DNA of 64,000 nucleotides from an uncultured Chloroflexia bacterium (GTDB lineage Bacteria; Chloroflexota; Limnocylindria; Limnocylindrales; CSP1-4): NCBI GenBank assembly GCA_963813535.1, contig CAWEZH010000002.1, positions 1,728,001 to 1,792,000 of the forward strand, read 5' to 3'. Shown piece by piece: positions 58,156 to 64,000 of this stretch (position 1 is its first letter; each line of letters starts with the position of its first letter). The notes under the pieces were generated by a model. It saw only the letters and a program-made list of their open reading frames with translations, ran no database searches and was not told where the DNA came from. The position numbers and the translations under genes were made by a program.

Positions 58156-58830
58156 TCAGATGCAGCCGGTCGGGGTAAGGGGCGGGATGATGCCGGGCTG
58201 GCCGAGCGCCACGGGAAGCGGTCCGAGCGTGATCTTGCCGGTGTCGATATGGAGGGATCCGTTGCCGTCGACCATGATCGAGAAGCGGTCCATGCCGCGC
58301 GGCGCCGGACCGTATTGCGCGCCGTCGGCCTTGATCCCCAGTCGGTCGTACCGGGAGCCGTGGCAGGGGCATTCCATCCAGAAGTTCTTCAGGCACGGAT
58401 TGGGCTTACAGCCGAGGTGCGGGCAGCGCTGGTAGAGCGCGCGCACGTTGAGCGCCGATCCATCGCCCGTCGTGTCCTCACCCGGCGTGAAGCGCTGCTG
58501 GGAGGGGTCCTTCAGGACGACGAACGCGCGTGCCTCGGCGTAGTACGCGGGGAACCCTTCGGCGATCGGCAACACGCTGTTCGCGGTCTTGACGTCATCC
58601 AGGGTCCCGATCTCGAGGACGGCCCCGAATCCCTTCCGGAGGCTCGGCCAGGCGAACGCGAGCGTGCCGGCGAGCGCCTCGACGGTCGCGAGGCCGATGC
58701 CGGCCCCGAGGGCGACACGCATCAGCTGGCGACGGGACATCCCCTGGACCTGCTCCTTGCGGAGGGCCTTGATCGCCTGCGGTGTCAGGGCAGCGGGCTT
58801 GTCGATCGATTCGACGTGGTAGTTGCTCAT
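58156..58830 (-). CDS. Rieske [2Fe-2S] subunit
   Basis: Tat-like SRRQLMR plus TM, CPHLGC, CPCHGSRY and GPAPR. Confidence 0.94.
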   Translation of the reverse strand: MSNYHVESIDKPAALTPQAIKALRKEQVQGMSRRQLMRVALGAGIGLATVEALAGTLAFAWPSLRKGFGAVLEIGTLDDVKTANSVLPIAEGFPAYYAEARAFVVLKDPSQQRFTPGEDTTGDGSALNVRALYQRCPHLGCKPNPCLKNFWMECPCHGSRYDRLGIKADGAQYGPAPRGMDRFSIMVDGNGSLHIDTGKITLGPLPVALGQPGIIPPLTPTGCI

Positions 58831-58835
58831 GGTCC

Positions 58836-59441
58836 CTACAGCGAGAAGTACATGCCGGGTGCGGTCACGAACGGGATGATGAAGGTGTACCCGGGGCCGC
58901 GGAAGAAGATCCCGACGAAGGTCAGGACGAGCCCGAGGATGCAGAACAGCGTGAACAGCACGACCGCTGTCTTCCGCTGCGAGGGGCGAGTGGCCAGGAT
59001 GTCACCGCGGTCCACATACGGGATGAGCGCCGCTCCGACGAGCACGAAGGTCGGCGCGAGGACGCCTGCAACGACCGGGTGCAGGTAGGCCAGCAGCTCC
59101 TGCAATCCAAGGAAGTACCAGGGCGCCTTGGCGACGGCAGGCGTGATGTTGCCGTTCGCAAGCTCCTCCAGGGGCGCGTTGATGAACAGGCCCATCAGCA
59201 AGAGGAAGATCGACATCACGCCGGCCGCAAGGAACTCGATCGACAGCAGGTGCGGCCAGGTCATGACCGTGTCGTCGGGTTCCTTCTGGACGCGGACGAC
59301 GGCGTCCTGCTTGACCAGCGCGAGCAGCCGATACGGCCGCGCCGACATCGGCACGCGCTGCTTATCGATCTCGGTCCGCCGCGCCGGATCGACGGGCAGC
59401 ACCTCCCGCCGCGTGGTGGTCGGATCCTTCGTATCGGTCAC
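58836..59441 (-). CDS. Cytochrome b C-terminal subunit (subunit IV/PetD-like)
   Basis: TWPHLL, APLEELAN, TP, KAPWYFLGLQELL, IPYVDR, three TM segments and FFRGPG. Confidence 0.88.
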   Translation of the reverse strand: MTDTKDPTTTRREVLPVDPARRTEIDKQRVPMSARPYRLLALVKQDAVVRVQKEPDDTVMTWPHLLSIEFLAAGVMSIFLLLMGLFINAPLEELANGNITPAVAKAPWYFLGLQELLAYLHPVVAGVLAPTFVLVGAALIPYVDRGDILATRPSQRKTAVVLFTLFCILGLVLTFVGIFFRGPGYTFIIPFVTAPGMYFSL

Positions 59442-59560
59442 GTCGAACTACCTTGCGGGCCGATAGGAGCGCCCAGCGCAAGGCGGCGGCGAGCACGCGA
59501 CCGAGCGCACCTCAAGGTGCGTGAGGGAGCGCGCGCAGGCAACAACGCCGCGATGGGTGC

Positions 59561-60289
59561 TCATAGCGGCCCGCTTATCCCACCGTCTTTGCGAATGCGC
59601 CAGAAGTGCACCGTCAGGAAGATGGCCGCGATGAGCGGCAAGAACACGACATGCCCCACATAGAACCGGATCAATGTGTTCTGGCCGACCTCGACGCCGC
59701 CGAGAAGGATCCGGTTCACCGGTGTGTTGAAGATCGGGACGTAGCCACCCATGTTCGTGCCGATGGTGATCGCCCAGAAGGCGATCTGGTCCCACGGCAG
59801 CAGGTAGCCCGTGAAGCTGAGCATGATGGTCAGGAAGAGCAGCACGACCCCGACGACCCAGTTGAACTCGCGGGGCGGCTTGTAGGCTCCGTGGTAGAAG
59901 ACCCGCATCATGTGCAGGAACACGAAGAACACCATGAGGTGGGCGCCCCACCGGTGGACGTTGCGTGTCAGCAGCCCGAACGCCACCTCGCTCTGGATCT
60001 CGAGGATGTTCGTATAGGCGAGCGTCGCCGACGGGACGTAGAAGAACATCAGGTAGACGCCCGTCACCGTCAGCACCAGGAACAGGAAGAAGGACAGTCC
60101 GCCGAGACAGAAGGTGTAGGCGAATTTGACCGCGTGCTGGCGGACACGGACCGGGTGGATATGCAGGAAGACGTTGTTCATGACCGCGTACGCGCGCGAT
60201 CGTTCGTCCCGCGGGTAGGGCTGCCGGAAGAGGGATCGCCAGACCGGGCTACGCCGGATCGTCTGGTCGACCCGCTCCAGGAAACTCAC
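59561..60289 (-). CDS. Cytochrome b6-like N-terminal subunit (PetB/QcrB-like)
   Basis: FCLGG, TGVYLMFFYVP, RNVHRWGAH, LHMMRVF, PREFNW, TGYLLPWDQ and RFYVGHV...VHF. Confidence 0.95.
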   Translation of the reverse strand: MSFLERVDQTIRRSPVWRSLFRQPYPRDERSRAYAVMNNVFLHIHPVRVRQHAVKFAYTFCLGGLSFFLFLVLTVTGVYLMFFYVPSATLAYTNILEIQSEVAFGLLTRNVHRWGAHLMVFFVFLHMMRVFYHGAYKPPREFNWVVGVVLLFLTIMLSFTGYLLPWDQIAFWAITIGTNMGGYVPIFNTPVNRILLGGVEVGQNTLIRFYVGHVVFLPLIAAIFLTVHFWRIRKDGGISGPL

Positions 60290-62121
60290 CGGGCTCCTCC
60301 TGCCACGCCGGGGGTCCCGGCCAGCTGCGCATCCCGGTACGACTCCTTGTAGAGCCGACCGTCGGTCGAGATCTCCTGCAACTCGAACCGCTCCATCGTA
60401 ATGGCGTCGAACGGGCAGCGCTTGACGCAGAGTGCGCAGCGGATGCAGCGCTCCTCATCGAGGATCATCGCCCCGCCGTTCTCCCAGCCGTAGGCCTCGT
60501 CGAGCTCCGGGAGGAGGCCCTCCGACTTGAGCGTATTGATGTCGACCATGTGGATGACGCCCTCGGGACAGACATCCGCGCAGGCGCCGCACAGGACGCA
60601 GCGGAACGGGTCGAACCAGATGTTGTAGTTGCACATCAGGCAGCGCGTCGACTCGGCGACGGCGCCCGTCGCGTCGTACCCGAGCTCGACCGGCGTGTTG
60701 AAGTTGACGATCGGGTCGGTCGACGGCATGCGCGCCTGAAGCGGGACCATCGGGATGTGCTGGCGTGGCAGTACGTCGTACAGCTCCGGCATGTCATGGC
60801 GCCACGAGCTCGTGACCTTCACGTTGGCGGCCACACTGACGTCCGCCCGGCCGGCGAGGTAGCGGTCGATGGCATAGGCCGCCTTCTTGCCGTGGCCGGC
60901 GGCCTCGATCAGGGTCGTGGGTCCGGTCACGAAGTCGCCGCAGGCGAAGACGCCCCGGACGTTCGTCGCGTATGTGGCGGGGTCGACCTTCACGCGGCCG
61001 CGGTTGATCTCGAAGCTCGCCTCGACCGGAAGGAACGTGAGGTCGGCCGCCTGCGACACGGCTGGGATGACGGTCTGGGCGGCAACGACGAACTCCGACC
61101 CCTCGATGGGGATCGGCGACCGACGTCCCGAGGCGTCGGGCTCGCCCAGCCGGTTGCGGATGAAGCGGACGCCCGTGACCTTGCCGTCCTCACCGAGGAC
61201 CTCGATCGGGCTGGCGAGGAACTCCATGCGAACGCCCTCGCGCTCGGTCTCACCGAGCTCCTCCTCGTCGACGACCAGCTCGGAGCGCGTGCGTCGATAG
61301 GCGATGGTGACGTTCTCGGCACCGTGCCGAAGGCTGGTCCGCGAGCAGTCCATCGCGGTGTAGCCACCGCCGATGACGACGACGTCGTTGCCGACTTCGA
61401 TCGGTTGACCGAGGTTCGCCCGCTTCATGAAGTCGACGCCGTAGTCGACACCCTCGAGGTCGGCGCCCGGGATGTCGAGAGCGACCGCGTCCATGGCGCC
61501 GGCCGTGATGGCGATCGCGTCGAAGTCGCGCTGCAGCTCCTCGAACGGAAGGTCCGGCCCGACCGACGTGTCGTAGACGAACGTGACGCCGAGCCGCTCG
61601 ACCAGCCGGACGTCCATCTCGATGGCCTCGCGCGGCAGCCGGAACGCGGGGACGCCGATGAGCATGGTCCCGCCGCCATACGGAAGGCTGTCGAAGACCG
61701 TGCACCGATAGCCCTTCACTGCGAGCTCGCGCGCGACGGCGAGTCCCGCCGGGCCGGCGCCCACGATCGCGACGCGCTCCTCGCGCGGCGTGATGTCGGG
61801 CATGACGTCCGGGATGCCCGATGCCTCGTGCCACTCGACGAGGAACCGCTTCATGGCCCGGATGGCGAGCGGCCGATCGATATCACCGCGGCGACATGCC
61901 CGCTCGCACGGGGCCGAACAGACGTACGAGCACATCGCCGCGACCGGGTTCGGCTCGCGCGACAGGATGTACCCCTCCTCGAACCGCCCCTCGGCGGCGA
62001 GATTGAGGTAGCCGCGGCAGTTGGTGCCGACCGGACACGCTTCCTGGCACTCGATGTTGCACTGCAACCAGGAGGCGTCGACAGGCTGGACGAGGAATTC
62101 CTGGGCGGGATCGATTGCCAA
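60286..62121 (-). CDS. GltD/NfnB-like FAD- and Fe-S-containing NAD(P) oxidoreductase with C-terminal 2x[4Fe-4S] domain
   Basis: CQEACP, CSYVCSAPCERACRR, GAGPAG, IGGGYTAMD, AYRRT, RCLMC, CVLCGACADVCP and CIRCALCVKRCP. TTG start with GAAAGG RBS. Confidence 0.92.
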   Translation of the reverse strand: MAIDPAQEFLVQPVDASWLQCNIECQEACPVGTNCRGYLNLAAEGRFEEGYILSREPNPVAAMCSYVCSAPCERACRRGDIDRPLAIRAMKRFLVEWHEASGIPDVMPDITPREERVAIVGAGPAGLAVARELAVKGYRCTVFDSLPYGGGTMLIGVPAFRLPREAIEMDVRLVERLGVTFVYDTSVGPDLPFEELQRDFDAIAITAGAMDAVALDIPGADLEGVDYGVDFMKRANLGQPIEVGNDVVVIGGGYTAMDCSRTSLRHGAENVTIAYRRTRSELVVDEEELGETEREGVRMEFLASPIEVLGEDGKVTGVRFIRNRLGEPDASGRRSPIPIEGSEFVVAAQTVIPAVSQAADLTFLPVEASFEINRGRVKVDPATYATNVRGVFACGDFVTGPTTLIEAAGHGKKAAYAIDRYLAGRADVSVAANVKVTSSWRHDMPELYDVLPRQHIPMVPLQARMPSTDPIVNFNTPVELGYDATGAVAESTRCLMCNYNIWFDPFRCVLCGACADVCPEGVIHMVDINTLKSEGLLPELDEAYGWENGGAMILDEERCIRCALCVKRCPFDAITMERFELQEISTDGRLYKESYRDAQLAGTPGVAGGAR

Positions 62122-62364
62122 GCGGGGCGTGCCTTTCCGTGAGGTGGTCGGGCGCGACGTGATGATCGGCGGGCGCCGACGGTCCGAATCTACCATCGGC
62201 CTCGTAAGCGCTGCAAAACGGGATGACCGGCGCGCGCTCCCTCGGGCGCCCACCGGCGATCGCCGCGACGGCCGCCGGAAAGTTGACGTTCGCTACGATC
62301 CGCAGCTACGCTGCGGACCGCACGTGCTCGGTGAGGAGCACGATCGGATGGAGTTGGCCACGGC

Positions 62365-64000
62365 GTGACCGGGAGCGAGCTCGCCTTCCTGGCGATAGGG
62401 CTGATCCTGGGCGTTGCCGCCTGCGCCGTGCTGATCGCGATCCTCCGGTCGCTCCTTTCGCGTCCGCGTGGTGTGCGTGTCACGGTGGTCCCGGATGCCG
62501 TCCCGAGGCGTCGCCCCGCGACCCTCGCGAACGACGCCTTCACGGAATCCCCGACCGCCGCTCGCCCGGCCTTTCGCGGTCCGGCAGACCGCCGCGGGTA
62601 CGCCGACGAGTCCGGCGGCTCGACGCCGGCGACTCGAACGCCTGTTCTCCCACCCCAGCCCGGGACGATCATGGAGCCTGCGTTCCGACTGGTCGGGCCC
62701 TCGTCGGACGTCCAGGGTCCGGTACCGGCGGCGGGGCAGGCACGGATCGCGACGGCACAGGGAGTCCCGGTCGCGACCGGGATCGACCCGATGCTCACGG
62801 CCCTGCGAGCGAGCGCCGACGCACCCGACTCCCCGGCGGGCGGGGGGCCAGGTGACAGCGGTGCCTTGGTCGGCGCCACCGTCCGTCCGCTCGCGCTGGC
62901 GTCGCCGGCTTCCAGCGCACGCACGCGGACCGCGAAGCCAGGTGACCGATCCGCGTCGAGGACGGCCAAAGCTGCCGCCACGGCGACGATACCGACCACC
63001 CCAGGCACGCCGACCGATGCAGGGGGCGGACCCTGCGGCGATGTGCGCCGTCTCGCCGACGAGCGCTGTGAGCTCGCCACCCGGGCGCGCGCCCAGGCAG
63101 GCGAAGCAGAAGAGGTGCATCGAGTCGCCCGACGGGCGTACGACGCGAACGCAGCGGAGATGACCGCGGCAGCCGCGGCCGTGGACGCGCGAAGTGTCCG
63201 CGACGAGAAGGACTTCGTGCAGGCCAGGTTCCGCGCGGGCCGGGCCGGCGCCCGAACGGCCGAAGACATCGAGGCGGCGGCCCGAGACTGGCTCCACGAG
63301 ATCAATCGGATCAACGCCGGCACCACCGACGCGACGGCCACCCTGCAGAGGACGCGGGCGGAGGCGCCCGAGATGGGCGCCCAGCTCGAGCGGACGGCAC
63401 TCGCGCTGGACCACGCACGGCTCGGGGCCGAGGCTGCCGAGGCGGCATGCCTGGCCGCGCGCCAGGCGCTCGCGGAGTGCGAGGAGCGCGCCGCCGGTCG
63501 GACGCCGAGCGCAGTACCGACCGGGCCCGGACCGGATCAGGACCGGATCGACACGACATCCGACACCCTCATCGCAGCGCTCCGAGCCGGTGCGTCGCCG
63601 AGGATCGTGCGGCTCCTCGGCGGCGATCGTGACGCGATGCATGAGGCGGTCAATGTCCTGGCCGGAGACGATGCCACCGAGCGCCGTCGCTGGCAGGTCG
63701 CGATGTCCGATCTGGTCGATGCCATCCTCGCCGACGCGATCGCGGCGTCGGCGCTCGAGTTCCCGGCGGATCATCCGTTCTGGGGGCCGTTCAGTCGGAC
63801 GCAGGCGCGCGACATCGCTGCTGCGCTGTCATCGCTGGGCTACCGGTTCGACGGCCTTGGGGGCTGGGTCGACGATCGGCACCCATCCCAGCGTGACCTG
63901 TCGCTGGCGCTGGGCTATGCCGGCCTGGACCCGATGCGGATGCGCACGTGGCCGAACGACGCCGAGATGGCAGGCCTGTTCAGCGAGGTCCAGGTCGCCG
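62365..64000 (+). CDS. Hypothetical membrane-anchored coiled-coil protein, truncated by the window edge
   Basis: Translated manually and open to the end of the window: MTGSELAFLAIGLILGVAAC (TM), Pro/Ala linker, Ala/Arg/Glu-rich helical region, then globular HPFWGPF...LGYRFDGLGGW. Confidence 0.75.
   Translation, partial: MTGSELAFLAIGLILGVAACAVLIAILRSLLSRPRGVRVTVVPDAVPRRRPATLANDAFTESPTAARPAFRGPADRRGYADESGGSTPATRTPVLPPQPGTIMEPAFRLVGPSSDVQGPVPAAGQARIATAQGVPVATGIDPMLTALRASADAPDSPAGGGPGDSGALVGATVRPLALASPASSARTRTAKPGDRSASRTAKAAATATIPTTPGTPTDAGGGPCGDVRRLADERCELATRARAQAGEAEEVHRVARRAYDANAAEMTAAAAAVDARSVRDEKDFVQARFRAGRAGARTAEDIEAAARDWLHEINRINAGTTDATATLQRTRAEAPEMGAQLERTALALDHARLGAEAAEAACLAARQALAECEERAAGRTPSAVPTGPGPDQDRIDTTSDTLIAALRAGASPRIVRLLGGDRDAMHEAVNVLAGDDATERRRWQVAMSDLVDAILADAIAASALEFPADHPFWGPFSRTQARDIAAALSSLGYRFDGLGGWVDDRHPSQRDLSLALGYAGLDPMRMRTWPNDAEMAGLFSEVQVA

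Noticed and set aside
1-64000. CRISPR array, IS elements, prophage, rRNA, selenocysteine or stop-codon recoding
   Set aside because: No regularly spaced repeats or mobile-element genes were seen, and recognised genes have no in-frame stops.

Overview
This is a gene-dense, high-GC (roughly 70% by eye) bacterial chromosomal segment. Gene content and style suggest an uncultured Chloroflexota or similar terrabacterial lineage, which is an inference. I found no integrase, transposase, phage genes, CRISPR array or rRNA. It holds about 60 CDS and two tRNAs (initiator Met-CAT and Lys-TTT). Core content: hppD, proC, a 7Fe ferredoxin, a polyamine-type ABC transporter, an A2-type cytochrome c oxidase operon, two ABC-2 exporters, ppc, a GAF two-component system, amtB-gltB, a PspC/Lia envelope-stress cluster, a proline dehydrogenase/aminotransferase operon and a Rieske/cytochrome b operon. 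Highlights: (1) two hydrophobic micropeptides too short for the ORF track (33 and 27 aa) share a C-terminal [E/D]-x-A-R-R-W motif, and one lies directly behind a DUF5317 membrane protein, making a candidate peptide-signalling system; (2) three homologous type-1 cupredoxin domains are fused to different respiratory subunits; (3) the b6-like Rieske/cytochrome b operon is led by an NADP-type GltD-like Fe-S flavoprotein and ends with a Kelch membrane protein; (4) duplicated ECF sigma/beta-propeller pairs share a conserved promoter and a conserved internal in-frame start signal; (5) many genes have leaderless-type starts. Four single-base insertions create false fusions or a split gene and look like sequencing errors.
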